A stretch of 63,399 nucleotides of DNA, the filler included, from Psammoneis japonica (lineage: Eukaryota): NCBI GenBank assembly GCA_008632985.1. It is 4 parts of 4 records of this genome, joined end to end, with 100 filler letters (N's around TTAATTAATTAA, not from the genome) between each part and the next. Parts side by side here need not be neighbours in the genome. Positions count along the whole stretch, not along the records: positions 1 to 27,111 come from QPGO01000362.1; positions 27,212 to 47,312 come from QPGO01000372.1; 2 more parts are not named here. The stretch is one strand, 5' to 3'. Position 1 is the first letter of the stretch; every line of letters begins with the position of its first letter. Below are positions 23,761 through 37,049 of this stretch, piece by piece. The notes below the pieces were generated by a model that did not search any database, was not told the origin of the DNA, and worked only from the letters and a program-made list of their open reading frames with translations. The position numbers and the translations under genes were made by a program.

Positions 23761-24225
23761 CACTAGTACAAAAATCACGTAGAAATTTTACGTAGAAAAA
23801 ATTATAAAAATTAGGGTTTGGGCCGATTTTTTTCTCGTGCTTCTACCGTGCTTCTCTGCTCCACCGACGCCTCAAGGAATCGTTTTCCCCTGAAACCATT
23901 GACACTTTACATGATGACTTTTACACAAGTGACACGATTCTGTGCGTGAACACTTCAAAATTCCATTTTCAGAAATTCAATCAACACTTCACTACGGTCC
24001 TGCCACGGCAAACATTTTCCAATGATGGAACTTTGCCGAACGGTGGACATCGTCGTGTTTGTCATCAAAAAGCAAGTGCGCAAAGTGTCAACCGTTGTGA
24101 CTGAAATCGATTCCTTGAGGTCGTGGCCCATTTTTCGCAAAGCACGGGAAAAGCACGACGAACAAAACATTCTGCGCGAATTTTCTACGTGAGTTTTTGC
24201 ACCAGAAATCGGCCCAAACCCTGTT
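23761..24225. repeat. Inverted-repeat-bearing transposon end remnant
   Basis: 23763-23796 is inverted at 24171-24205; agggtttgggccgattt (23813) is inverted at 24206; begins with CACTA. Confidence 0.45.
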
Positions 24226-24514
24226 TTTCGGGGACTCACAACCCCTGCACATGGCTCACAGTGATGGATGAAAAGACGACAAGCCAAAACCAGTGCCTTG
24301 TACATGCGCTGCTGAGTCCTGAGGTCATCTCAGTGCTTGTTGCAACTGTTGGCGAATTCGTTGGCTGAAACAATTGCCAGCTTTGCTCTGCAATGCACAA
24401 GAAGCATCGCGGTTGAGGAGCAACCACGGCAACAGTTGCATGCATTTAGGGCACGTGATGGGAATGGTGTGCTGGCAGCATTGGGCGCCAATTGCCTTGC
24501 TTGCTTGATCTTCT

Positions 24515-25794
24515 TCAGACCAGGTGTTCAGCGAAATCATCAGGCATTTCCGCCATTTCAGTCGAGCAGAATTGCTCAATGTCGCGCAGGTGCGGTGCGT
24601 CCCTGTCGGTGACGAAGTTGATGGCTGCGCCCTTCTGTCCAAACTGACCAGCATGACCAATGCAATGAATGCAGTTTTCTCGGTTCGTCGGGATGTCGCA
24701 GTTGATTGCCAATGAGACCTGTTGGACATCAATTCCCCGAGCCAAAAGGTCCGTGCTGACAAGCACACGAGACGACCCCGAACGGAACTCTCGCATGATG
24801 GTGTTGCGTTCTTCCTGCTCCAAATCACCATGCATGCACGAAACAGTGAAATCACGGTTTTGAAGCTCTTCCTGAAGCAGCTCCGCCTTGCGCCGCGTGT
24901 TGCAACAGATGATTGCTTGACTGATGTTGACAGATTCGCAGAGGTCGCAAAGGCATTCCAACTTCCAGTCTTCACGTCGGAGATCAACATAGAATTGCTT
25001 GATCCCCTCAAGGGTGAGCTCATCCTTTTTTACAAGAACTCGGACTGGGTCGCGAAGGAACTTCTTGGTCACATCGAGAAGATCCAAGGGCGTGGTTGCC
25101 GAGAAGAGGCAGACCTGAGTTGTCTCGGGAATGTGCCGGAAAATGTTGTAGATCTGCTCGCGAAAACCTTGAGAGAGCATCTCGTCCGCTTCATCAATTG
25201 CAACTTGACGCAATCCATTCAAGATGAGGGCACCTCGTTCGATCATGTCGAGGATACGTCCTGGCGTACCGACCACAATGTGAATGCCTCCACGTCTGAG
25301 AATGCGGATTTCATCGCGGACAGAATTATGGCGGCCACCAACACTGACGTGAACACGAACACCCATGCGGTCACCGAGAGACTCCATGACCTGATGGATT
25401 TGCCTCGCCAGTTCTCGGGTGGGTGCCAAAACAATCGTCTGACAGGCCTTTTGCTTGGGGTCAAGTGAAGCAAGCGTTCCAATCGAGAACGCCCCTGTTT
25501 TTCCGGTGCCACTTTGTGCCTGAGTGATCAAATCTGCCCCAGCATCACTGGCTTAATCGCGCGTTGCTGAATGGCGGAGGGTCTCTCAAAGCCATGCGCA
25601 CAGATGCCCCGCAGAAGGTCTTCAGGCAGTTCCATTTCTTCGAAGCTTTCAATGCTTTCGTCTACACGTGTCGTCGACGACTCATCCGTCGCGACGCAAC
25701 TAGGCTGAGATGACTCATCATTGTGGCAAGAGGGGTTTTGTTCATCAACAAGGACTGTTGGTTTGTTGTTGCTCTTGTTGTCTTCTTGGTTCAC
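24515..25794 (-). pseudogene. eIF4A: eIF4A DEAD-box helicase pseudogene (intronless)
   Basis: [43 protein letters not shown]; frameshift at ~25530; motif VI decayed to [12 protein letters not shown]. Confidence 0.93.
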
Positions 25795-27111
25795 AAACCA
25801 GTCAGATGCTTTTGTCCTCGTCCTTCTTCAAAGAGATCAGAGGGTTTTCTTTGGTTTGGTTTGCTGTTGTTTTACTTTGCATTTCTTTGTTTTGTGGCAG
25901 TGCGAACTTCTTGTGTCGCCACTGGGCACGCCCAGACGTGCACATGTGATGCGCACGACTCACAGCGGCTCAGATGCATGACTGACTCAAACCCAACGCA
26001 ATTGCACCTGACGAACAACAAAGAACAATGTGTCATGGATTCACTCCACCTGAGTCTCAAATCAAAACGTTTCTGCTGCCTGCAGAGCAGGCCTCTCTAT
26101 GCAGTTAATTGTCCGTGTACAAACAGCATGTTTTGACCAAACACAAATGATGTGAACATGATGTGCACGTGCTCCAGTCCAAAACACACCACCAGAACAA
26201 TGTCTCGCGCACTCCTTGGCGGTTTTTCCTTTAACAGCAAATGAGCAAACAGTGCAGAGAACAGGGGCACATGCATGGCATTGGGTGTTTTTGGCCAGAC
26301 ATTGCATTGGAGTCTGAAAAATCACAAAAAGACAACATCTGACAAGAGTCGAGTGCTGTTGCTGCCTCTGAGACGCCCCCCCATGCAGCCAATTGAGGAG
26401 CACAGCTTGACACCTCAAGTGCCCACCAGCACAGTTAGAGCAGCTCAAATGGACCCATCACCACAACCAAATGCCCGCTGCCAACACTCTCCCAAGTTTT
26501 TGAAGCACAGACACAGTGCTCCCACATGCCCCTCAGCACAGGACACTGACATGACAAGCCATCATCACATTTTCAATCATGGATGAGTTTGTGCATTTTG
26601 CAAAATTGCCTCTTTTTCTGTTGGTGATCATTGACATTTTCATCACCTGATGACTTCAGTGCAGAGCTCGCACGCAGAATTCTGCGGGCCCAGTGCCACA
26701 CGGATTCCCACCTGCATCTGGAGCGCGTCCACAGCCAAATGCCTGCTGCTGCTGCTGACAGTTTCTCAAGTGTCAAGGACACACAAACAATTTTTTTTGC
26801 CCTGCTCACATGATGCAAACCTGATGGCAATGTTCCATTGAGCCAAATGTGTGCTCTGTTGGAAGGTCAAGAGCTGTTGCAAAAGAAAGTTGAAAAAGAC
26901 TGCTTTGAACTCAGAGACACAGAGCTGATCCACACAGTGTGTTGCACAGAGTTCAATGATGCAGAAGATTCATGGTGAGATGGGAATGTGTTGTAGTGGC
27001 ACCAGACTTGCCAGCAGAGTCAAATGCTTTTGGTCAATTGCAGGAGTTGTTGCACTCTAATTTTTGTGTGACCAAGGGTGCAGTCACAAGTGGATGATGT
27101 TGCACAGCAAG

Positions 27112-27211
27112 NNNNNNNNNNNNNNNNNNNNNNNNNNNNNNNNNNNNNNNNNNNNTTAATTAATTAANNNNNNNNNNNNNNNNNNNNNNNNNNNNNNNNN
27201 NNNNNNNNNNN
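27112..27211. other. Artificial contig linker (N...TTAATTAATTAA...N)
   Basis: The same spacer occurs at 47313-47412 and 51533-51632. Confidence 0.95.
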
Positions 27212-27917
27212 TGGGACCTTCTTCGCTGGCAAGTGCAGTGGGCATCCCCGCCACAGCCACCAATGATGCCACTTTCCTGTGTCTGCAGGCTGTCCGCAGT
27301 GATGCTGATCCTGCAGAAGCATGCACTGGAAAATGCACTCCCAGTGTAAGATCCATGACAGGCTGCGGGAGACCCACGTGACTGAGACCGGCGTGACTGG
27401 CCATCGTGCAAGTGACTCAACTTGCACAGAGGGACTGTGCAGGATGCACACAGTGCCAAGTGTGAGCCTGTGGATTGGCTCTGCATGAGTGTCAACAAGT
27501 CATGCAAAAGACTCATGTGCAAGTCTTTCCAATGACTTGTTGTTTAACAAGAATTCTGGTTTTTTGGAAAAAAGCACCATCGCACACAATGTTTGCACTC
27601 CAACTAAAAAATGGTCTCATGATTTTACACAACACAGAAAATCTCCACCTGAGTGCTTGCACCCTGTTCCTGCACAGGTCAAGGCATTCTGCCTGCAACC
27701 AAAAATCAGTGTCCAATGCACTGTTGGGGTTCATGATGCATGTCCCATGAGGAATTGAATGCCAACAAAAAAGCTGTTTGTGTGTTCACACTCTAAACAC
27801 CTGTGAAAGCCCATCCACCTGAGCACTTTGTGTTCAAATGCTCCACGCATGAGACACATGCAAATCATGTTCAAAATGGATTGTCGTTTTGCGTGTCACC
27901 TGGGGCTGGAACATGTC

Positions 27918-28330
27918 ATTCATCCATTTTCCTTTGGCTGCATCATGCAAACAGTTTTCAAAATTGTCAAACAATTCCAGTCCAGGAGCACACTGCAGTT
28001 GACAAGCAACCTTGTGAAAACGATTTTTCACATGTGGGAGCACTTCAATTCCATGCTCTCCTGTAAAAACAGGGCACACACACGTTGGCTTTGAACCATC
28101 ATTGCACTCTTGCACAAGCTTGACATCCTTCAATTCAGCATGCACAAATGTGGTTTTTTGTGCTCAATGCATGCCATCTCCAAAGCCGCTTGGCACATGG
28201 TGTTGCAAGCATTTGGTGAAAAAAAAAACAGTCCTGCGCAATTGCAGAAATGATGCAATCCCACTGAAACCAGATGACAGCAATGATCAACAGGAACCAA
28301 AGCAACGTGAATTCTGATGCAGCAACATGC
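27918..28330 (-). mobile_element. Possible retroelement gag-like fragment, next to a partial copy of the GACGTG-TIR MITE
   Basis: PVFTGEHGIEVL..V.NRF...LELFDNFENCLHDAAKGKW; 27730-27917 resembles 35815-36003. Confidence 0.35.
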
Positions 28331-30450
28331 GTTTCCAAGTTGAAGAGCCACTGCTCCGCACATCACCAAATTCACTGGCATGATTGCGCTTCTGCTTCTT
28401 TTGTGTTTTTTTCTTCCTCTGCAACTCGAGTTTGAGTGAATTGTTTTTCTCTTTTCACCAACCTTCGTTCTGATGATGCAGCTGTCAATGTCACACAAAG
28501 CAAACTCAAAAGCAAGCTGTTGCAACGACCTCAATTGCAGTGCAAGGTCTGGCTTCAAAAGACTTGATGTTCTTGGGAAAATTGTGAGGAGACTTGGAAG
28601 GGCTCGCGCTGAGAGAGAACCCTCTCCAACACCACCTTGCACTGACCAATCACATGTGTCAGAGGACAGAGGAGGCACTCTCAGTCATTTTAGAGCACGA
28701 ACAACTACAGTGATTTCGTTCATGAGTTGGGATGAGTTGCACAGCACACTGTGTGATAACTTGTGATCACTTGTGATTGCTTTTGATCAGTTGACGTCTT
28801 TCCGCGACCAACTCTCAATTGACATTTCACGATTGAAAACATTGGCCGATTTGGCGAGCACAGAATGTGTCTCATGGCTAAAGCAATGTGAACCTTCATG
28901 GCATGTTTGCACATTTGTCCGTTGTGTCATTGCAAATGTGTTGAGCAATGGCAATTCGCAGAAGGTGCTGAAAAACAATCAACACAAATCAATGAATGTT
29001 CATCTCTTCGTAACTGTGCAACGCCAATCACTTAAATCTGCGTTGGATTTCAATTGGCACACATGACTCCTAGAATTCGGGGACATTAAAGACAAGTGGC
29101 ATTTCAATTTTGAGTTCCCGAAAGGTTCTTTAGTCTCCAATCACTCTCTTGTGCTGCATGACATTGTGCACATTTCTGCGTTTTTCTCTGCCAGTAGAAG
29201 GGCTGAACATGACTGGCTGGCAACGGCCACATGATTTGATTTTGATGTGGAACGGTTTTTGGCACATGTCCGGTCACGCACACTGCAAATGAGAATCACT
29301 CTGAACAAGCTGTTTTCGCTCTAAATAAAAAACAAACAGAGCATTTTGCTCCGATTGCAAGTGCCAAACAATCAATTGTGGCTTTGCTCCATTTGAGCCA
29401 TGGTCAGAGCGACATGCTCTGTGCATGAGACAATCAGAGCAAAATGCCAACATTTGCCCTGTTCAACCGCATTCAGAGGATGCCTTCGATTGAGTGCAAT
29501 TGTTCAGGGCATTCGCTTCAAACAACTGCAGCCTCCTGCGACCTTTTACATTCTCAGAGCAAATGGTTTTTCTTCAAAGCAAATGAACAATGAACACATG
29601 CACACACAATGAGACGCAATGATGGACAATTCAAAGCGTCATTGGCACATGTGCACGCATGCATTCATGGTTGCCAGTCAATGCTCGTAATCTCGTTTTT
29701 GTTTGTGGCGATCTCGACGAGCATCGTTGTTGCTCTGTTGTTGTCAATTGTCGCCTGTGTCGGCGCGCATCGCACACACAACACAATGTTTTTGCATTTC
29801 CACCTTTGTCTGTGTGAGTCATGGCCTCCACAGCCTTCTCCACATGCTGCAAACATTGCTTCTCGACTGTTCCATTGACTCAATGTGACAACTCCAACAG
29901 CATCGTAAACATGGGTGATTGCCTCCATTCCGGCAAATGTCTCAACCCGGAGTGTTCAGTTGATTCCTTTTTTGTCTGCGAATGCTGCTGGAACAGCAGC
30001 AACACAAACAGCGGTGGTCATCATCTTCCAATTCTTAAAGATTGGAAAACCTGCGCCAAGCATGCCAAAACTCCAACTCATGTGCAATCCTTTGAAGCTT
30101 TGAAAGCCGCACCAACAAGCAGTGCAAATGCCGTGTGTGCACCGGCGGAGCCCACACACGACGAATGTTGGTGCAACGATGACAATGACGCCTCTGTTTC
30201 CGAGAGCAAGGAGCCTTCCAACCAAGATGATTGGATTTATGACGTCAATGATGCCGGCTCACGTCCTCCATTGTGCATTGATGATCTCCGACAAGGTTTT
30301 GATCCGGGATCCAACAGCCCGGCCTTTTTTTGGTGCGAGCATTCGCACCCCGGACATGGCATCCAGAGATTGACAGCTGAAGCTTTCGAATTGCCCGTCA
30401 CCGAGGTGACCAAAGAAGAGGCCCATTTTTCACTTGTGATGGCTAGCCTG

Positions 30451-31652
30451 CTTTCACAAGATGACGGCGATGCTTTGTTTGCACAGGCGTTGTCACTGAG
30501 GAAGAGGGAAAGGAAAAAGAAAAGAAACTCAAGGCAGCAGACAGGAGGAAAAAGAGGAAAAAGTCAAGCCGTGACAAGAATGAAGAGAATGACATCCTGT
30601 TTGTGCCGACATGGGATCTGTTTGGCCCAGACACCATCACCGGCGGCAAACGAAGGAACAAGCAGGCGCGCAAGTGGTTCTGTGATCACATCCTGCCTCA
30701 AACCAAGCAAAAGCAGGCATGGAGTGGCGCCATCAAAGCTGGGAACGCACAGGTCTCACAGTTGTTTGCGGTCGGTGACGAAGCTTTGGCGCTGTCAGCC
30801 ATGGAGAATTGTTGGCAGGTGTGGGCATGCAGGAACAAGGAGGAGGCAGTGGAAAAATTGGGTGAGGAAATGGAGCCCGAAGAAACAAGGCCTGCCCCTT
30901 GGCACATGAAGCCAAAGAAACAACAAGTGTCTTGGGGAGACAGCAGAATCAATTGGTCCAACGATTTGTGCAAAGAGGTGATGAAAGACAGAGACTCCAA
31001 GGAGGGCAAGGAGTTTGAAAAGTGGTGTGCGGAGATCAAGAAAAGCGAGTGCGAGAAGTCTGGAGAAGCAAAAAAGAAGAAAAAGAAAGCACCGACCGGT
31101 GATGCAGACAAGGTGAAGGCAATGAACAGCCTGATGGTGGAGAGCAGCAGGGGCGACAATGGCGATGACGATGAGCAGGAGGAAGGTGCTAAAGGCAAAA
31201 CGGACGATGGAGGAGACGAGTCCGATGATGATCGTCAGCTCAGTTCAAGAGAGTTGCAGCAAGAAAATGTGTGCACAGCAAACATGGCACTCGGTCATTG
31301 CACTGCAGATGCAACAAGGGATTGACTTGACTGATGAAATGCTTTTCTCGTTTAAAATGATGTGAGCAAAAATTGACAAACCAAGGATTGTGTGGAAATG
31401 CAACCATGCACTGGCACATGGCAACAAGGTGGAGGCAGATGCAGCAATGTGGGCACAGTGAAAAATGGCACGCACAATTCTCAGCAAGTTGTTGCAAGAT
31501 TGGCGCAGCAAACTTGCAACCAGAGGTTGGCCTTTCACTGCACAACAACAATGTTTTGCAACATTTTGACAAATTGTCGTCATGCAAATCTGCACATTTT
31601 TGACATTTTGTGCACTCTGATGATCAAAGTGCTGCGGCGGTGTCTCAAGCTC
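30451..31652 (+). repeat. ~1.2-kb direct repeat of 46150-47312 (transposon accessory ORF fragment)
   Basis: Near-identical sequence and translations (WFCDHILPQ..DEALALSAME..NDLCKEV). Confidence 0.9.
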
Positions 31653-32678
31653 AAGATGAAATTGGCTGGAGACAGACCCCCAATGGGCGCTTCTCATCTT
31701 TGTGGAACAAAGCTCAGCCATCATGCTTGCTGTCAGCTGGATTGTGCCGCTCCTTGTCGAACATGGAAAAGCGCTCAGATTGGGCCGCTGCGATTGGCAG
31801 TTTTGTGTGGCCCCAGCGGCGGGAGCTCTCCATGATGGCGCTGCACATGGGCGCAATTTGGGCACAAGAAAGTCCTCACAGCACCGTGACGCCGAGGCAG
31901 AAGCACAAGCCATCCACTCCAAGGCAGACAGCTTTTCAGCTTGCAATCGATCCGAGTTGCTCAGTTCAGCGGAGGAGCATCTCACTTGTTTGACCCGCAG
32001 GTTGCGCAGCTGGTTGGCCATGGCTCAACCAGTGTTCAAGCCAAGCATCTGCAAAGCCTGGCGTCTGGCAGCAAGGGGCGCTGGTGCCATCGCAAGTTGT
32101 TTTGGCACAACACCGCCTCAGGGTGATGCCGGCTGAGGACGTGCAAAACCAACAATTTGACCGCAATGTAAAAAGTTGACTCCATCATGATGTTCCATTT
32201 GAGAGGGCAGTCCAGAGATGGCCTGGTGCACTTTTTTTGCAGAAGCTGCACGAGAGCCAAGCACGTGCATTCCTGCACAGATGCAGCACAAAAACAGAAA
32301 GCGCGGCACGCCCATCAGCGACTCACGACAACACCGCGTGACGACCACGCATCAAAATGGCGTCACCCGCATCTTTCTGTGGCTCCTCTTTTGCTTGCCT
32401 GATTGCCCCAAAAGGGCCAGGGAAAGCTCGCGCACTTCTGTCATGATGGATCAACGCAAACAAAGTTTTGGTTTGTGAAGAATGTCCAGGAGCAGCAGAA
32501 GCGCAAGAAAAGGCCCTGTTTGTTTGGGCCACACAGGACAGAAGGAAGTGTTGGTCAGAATTGTTTCTAAAATGGGATGTGCGCATCAATCTGTCATTCA
32601 CTCACAGTGTGTGCATTTTCAGAGCAATTGCTTCCTCATGGATTCCATGCAGTGACCACTTGCGCGGTCCGTTTGGTC

Positions 32679-33232
32679 GACGTGTTCCAGTCCCAGGTGA
32701 CGCACAAAATGACAATCGGATTTTGAATGTGATTTATGTGTGTTTTAGTGTGCAGAGCATTTTAACAAAAATGCTTGGACGGATTGACTTTTGTGGGCTT
32801 CTAGAGCATGAACATTTAAACAGTTTTTTGAGGGGCATTCAAATCCTCATAGGACATGTGTCACAAACTTCCTCAGTAGACTCAGTGCTGATTGTGCGTC
32901 AGCAGATTTATGCTGAGATTTTTTGCAGGTAGAAAACCTGCCAAGCAGCATCGTAGAAAGACACATTTGGGCAACATCCAAATGACGGCAACATTTTCGC
33001 CGAAAATCATCTGTTGTGTTGCGAATCTTTTGACGCAATGAAAAACACAGACAGCACAATGACAATGATGTTGCAACACTCACACGAGTCTTGTCAGTGT
33101 TGCAAAACATTCACATTTGAATGGGTCCACACTTTTGGTGGTGAAAGTTCGATCGCAAGTCAGGGACCGCGCAAAAATCGCGCAAATGTCGTTTTTGTGC
33201 ACGATTTGGTTCACGTGCGGCTGGAACACGTC
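32679..33232. mobile_element. ~555-bp MITE with 12-bp TIR GACGTGTTCCAG and 4-bp TSD GGTC
   Basis: ggtc|gacgtgttccag...ctggaacacgtc|ggtc; the empty site with a single ggtc is present in the other arm (~43121-43132). Confidence 0.88.
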
Positions 33233-34816
33233 GGTCATCCTGTGCCATGAAAAATGGATTTGTTGATGCTGTCAATTGCAGATTGCTCCCTCTCCACCAC
33301 TCTGTTGGTGTCTGTGTCAGAGTTTGCCCTGAGGCTTCTCAGAAGCAATGTCGAGTCACAGCTGTGCAGCATGTGCAGCCTCAACTCTGATTTTTGATGT
33401 CCCGCAACGGAGACTGGGAGCCCCAATTCTTTTGCGTCAAATGCGTCACCATGAAGAAAGCGTTGGAAACTCATTTCTGGTTTGCTGCAATTTTCCACTG
33501 CAACAATGCAGTCGTTGTCTGAATGGTGTGTCTTGGTTGATGACTCAATGAGCTGCGCATGGATGTGCTCAAATTCGCGAGCGGTTGTTGCTTGATTTGA
33601 CAAAGCACTGTCAAGTGCGGTCGTTGCAGCCACAACGGCACAGCGGGCTTCTGCCATTGCTTCTGCCAATCTTGACACAGCAGCCTTTGCATCCTTTGCT
33701 CTCTGTTCCTCCAAACAACGAGCAGCGTCAGCGTGGACAAAACCGCCAACTGTCTCCATCACCCGGCGACGGAAATCCTCAGCAGCGGATGGACGGAGTT
33801 CATCTGACATGGTTTTCTTCCAATGCTCTGATTGTTGTGGTCGTGGGTCCGCCGTTGCATCCACCAGATTGGTCGCGCGTCAGTCACAAAATTCTGGCTT
33901 CTGTGGAAACATGCCAGAGTGGTGCGCGGGAGATGTTGCATGCGCGCCTGGCAGGATTTGGAGTTTTGTGCACAAAAACCTGCCAGATGCATGCGCAACT
34001 TCTCCCAGAGAAATCCCGCGTGAGATTGCACTGGGAAAGGGCAGTGCGGAGTGCAGAATTGATGGAAGAAAACATTGGGAGGAACAGCATCAGGAGAAAG
34101 GGTGCATGCACTGGAGAACAACATGGGTCTCTACATGCGCGGCAAGGTGCGTGAAGAACACGTGGGTGCCTTCAAGTGACGCACGAGAACAACCACAAAG
34201 AAACGTTTGGAAATGGGGGCAGCACAGAGAGAAGTCAGAAACATGGGTCCAAAACAAACTGATGCACGATGAAAGGGATGGCAACTGGGTCGATGAAAAA
34301 GAAGGACTTGGGTGGAAAGACGCCGGAGACGGTGAAAACAGGCAGCACCAAGATGAAGAAGGAAGAGAAAAGCGGGGCGGGAAAAATGAAAAAAGAGAAA
34401 AAGAAGCAGACGACACGACGTCAAGAGGGGAGCAGCGACAAGATTCTGCACTTCGAGGGACCTCCTCCTCTTGATGATGCTCGCCCAAATGCAAGAAGTG
34501 CAGTGTGGCTTTTTTGGAACGGCGACAGGAAACATCCAACGTGGCAGCGGCGCGCACATTTGAAGTTCTTGCAAGAGAGCAGAAAAGACAAAGCAGAAGA
34601 TCAATGACCAGCCAAATGACAAAAACCATCATGTGCAGACAAGCAGATTTTGTGGTGTGGCAATGCATTTTTGTCATGTGTGCAGATGTCGCAACATCGT
34701 GCACTCTGATGACGGGCATTTGCTGGGCACAGCACCTTGTCGTGAAGCCAACACACAAAACACATTGTCGTGCTGACAGACAAGATGTCATGTGCCAAAG
34801 ATTCAGAGACAAACTC

Positions 34817-35025
34817 CAACCCTGACCCCAGCCCCAAACCCAACCCTGACCCCAACCCTGGCCTTTTTTGCATTTTCGCATTTTCGCGTTTTCGCATTTT
34901 CGCGTTTTCGCATTTTCGCATTTTGGCGTTTTTGCATTTTGGCGTTTTGGCATTTTCGCGTTTTCGCGTTTTCACGTTTTCGCATTCGCGTTTTCGCATT
35001 TTCGCATTTTCGCATTTTCACATTT
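34817..35025 (+). repeat. Degenerate telomere-like hexamers followed by an 8-bp microsatellite; mirrored at 41258-41352
   Basis: caaccc tgaccc cagccc caaacc caaccc tgaccc caaccc, then (gcattttc/gcgttttc)n. Confidence 0.8.
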
Positions 35026-35447
35026 CGGTTCTGCCATTGCCTCAATGTCACAGTGGAGAAGTGCATGGCTCTGCTGCTCCTTTTCTGTCTCTCCGGACAT
35101 TTTGGAGAAATGGAGAGCTTCCTTGAGATTTTTGTGTCACAGGACATGCTCGCCTTTCGCTCGGTGGGATTTCTCAACGGGCCAACCTTGGGTCATGGTG
35201 CAGGGCCAAATGTCGGGACAGCCAAGAGTTTTCCTTGCAACGTCATTGGCGTGGATGACTTCGACAACATGTGGAGCACGGCGCGACTTCGGCTTGTTGC
35301 AAAGGAGGGGAAGAGCGAGGAATTCTGGAAAGGGGGTCAAATTCATCAACTCCAAAAACTGCTTTTTGGAGGTGCGTGTTGCAGCCGTGCTTTTGAGCTT
35401 GGGTTGGAACAGCTCAAATCCAAGGCCATTGGTGAGACATTCTGTTT

Positions 35448-36003
35448 GACGTGTTCCAGGCGCCCGCGACCCAAGTCGTGCACAAAAACAACATTTGCGC
35501 GATTTTGGCGTGGTCTCTGACTTGCGAGCGGTTTTTCACCACCAAAAGCATGGATTTGTTCAAGCTCGAATGTTTTGCAACACTGACAAGACTTGTGTGA
35601 GTGTCGCAAAGTCATCGTTGTTGTGCTGTCAATGTCCTTCATTGCGTCAAACGAGCCGCAACACAGCGGATGATTTTTGGCAAAATTGTTGCCGTCACTT
35701 GGGTGTCAACCAAGCATGTCTTTCTGCGATGCTTCTTGGCAAGTTTTCCACTTGCAAAGCACTCTCAGCACAAAATGCACTGACGCACAATCAGCGCTGA
35801 GTCTGCTGAGAAAGTCTGTGATGCATGTCCCACGAAGACTTTGACACCAAACAAAAAACTGCTCAAATGTTCGTGCTCCAGATGCCTGTGAAAGCCAGTC
35901 CGCTCAAGCATTTTGTGCTGAAATGCTTCATGCACTTGAAGACACACAATTTACACTCAAAGTTGATTGTTGTTTTGTGTGTCACCTGGGGCTGGAACAC
36001 GTC
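35448..36003. mobile_element. Second copy of the GACGTG-TIR MITE (opposite orientation)
   Basis: Same TIRs; flanks gttt and attt. Confidence 0.85.
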
Positions 36004-37049
36004 ATTTCATCAAAATTGCAGCCCTCGGAAATTTGGAAAGAAGGGGCAGGGTTGACCTCGTCATCAGACGGGGCAAAGTCATCAGCCACCATGGCCAACA
36101 GTCAGCTGCCGATTCGCGCAGAATGCACAGGAATCACAACAGCACACCCTCTCGTCAAATGCACCCTGGGAAGAGGGTGTGCTGTCATGAAATGGGCAGA
36201 GTCCTGCGCATGTGGAAAATGTGCCAAAATGCAGGCAGGGAGCTGTTGACTGGAAAACTGGTGGGCGCAGGTGAAAACAAGGCAATTTTTTGGTGTTGTT
36301 GACAGAATGAAAAAAGAAGGGGAGGGAGAGGAGAAGAGAGGAGAAGAGAGGAGAAAAGAGAGGAAAGAGAGGAAAAGGGAAAAGAAGGGAGAAAGAGTTC
36401 AGCACTGCAAGTCCAAGTGTGTGTCATCGCACTTTGTTTTGATGCAAAAAATCTGGTTCTTCAGCAGACATTTGTGTGAGCACCAGATGCATCCACAGTT
36501 GGGAAATCAACACTGCGCTGCTGTCGCGCCATTCAGCCAGACCAGTGATCACCAGCAAGAGCAACCTCAAACTTGCCTTCTGTCAACACAAAAAGCAAAT
36601 GTGCCCTCATGACAGGTGCACTCATTTCCATCTCTCGCTGCCGTCTCGACTTTCGACCGGCATCCCGAGGGTGACACCACGGCCCGACGGCGTCACCGCA
36701 GCCCCTTGGCATTTCCGCAGCCCCTCCCCTTTCCCAAGGTCTGTTGATGGCATTGTTGCATTGCAGCCAGCGAAGTCGATTTCATGCTCCCAACATCCGT
36801 CGATGGCGTCACCGTTGCCCAGCTCCTTGCCAACCGTGATGCCAACAGCAGCAAAAACACAGAAGCAGTTTTTGTCCATTTTTGGACTTTCTCATCTCTG
36901 TTTTCTTGGGCACACAACATCAGAGTAAAATGTGGAATTGACTTGCATTGGCGTTGTTTGCAAGAGAAGGTTTGGCGGCAATGGTCGAGCATCAGCTGCT
37001 TCTGTGCCATCATGGTGGTTTTTTGTGATGGTTTTCTGCACTGCGTTGT

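Larger units (their letters stand above)
32493..36464. repeat. Left arm of a large inverted duplication
   Basis: Reverse complement of 39815-43310; mirrored ORFs such as 33235-33864(-) and 42497-43126(+). Confidence 0.9.

Noticed and set aside
25900..27111. Possible gene in TA-depleted sequence (similarly 28400-30440 and 31650-32490)
   Set aside because: No motif I can recognise with confidence; left unannotated.
27156..27167. TTAATTAATTAA motif (also near 47357 and 51577)
   Set aside because: It is an identical spacer inside N runs, so an assembly linker; adjacency across it has no biological meaning.
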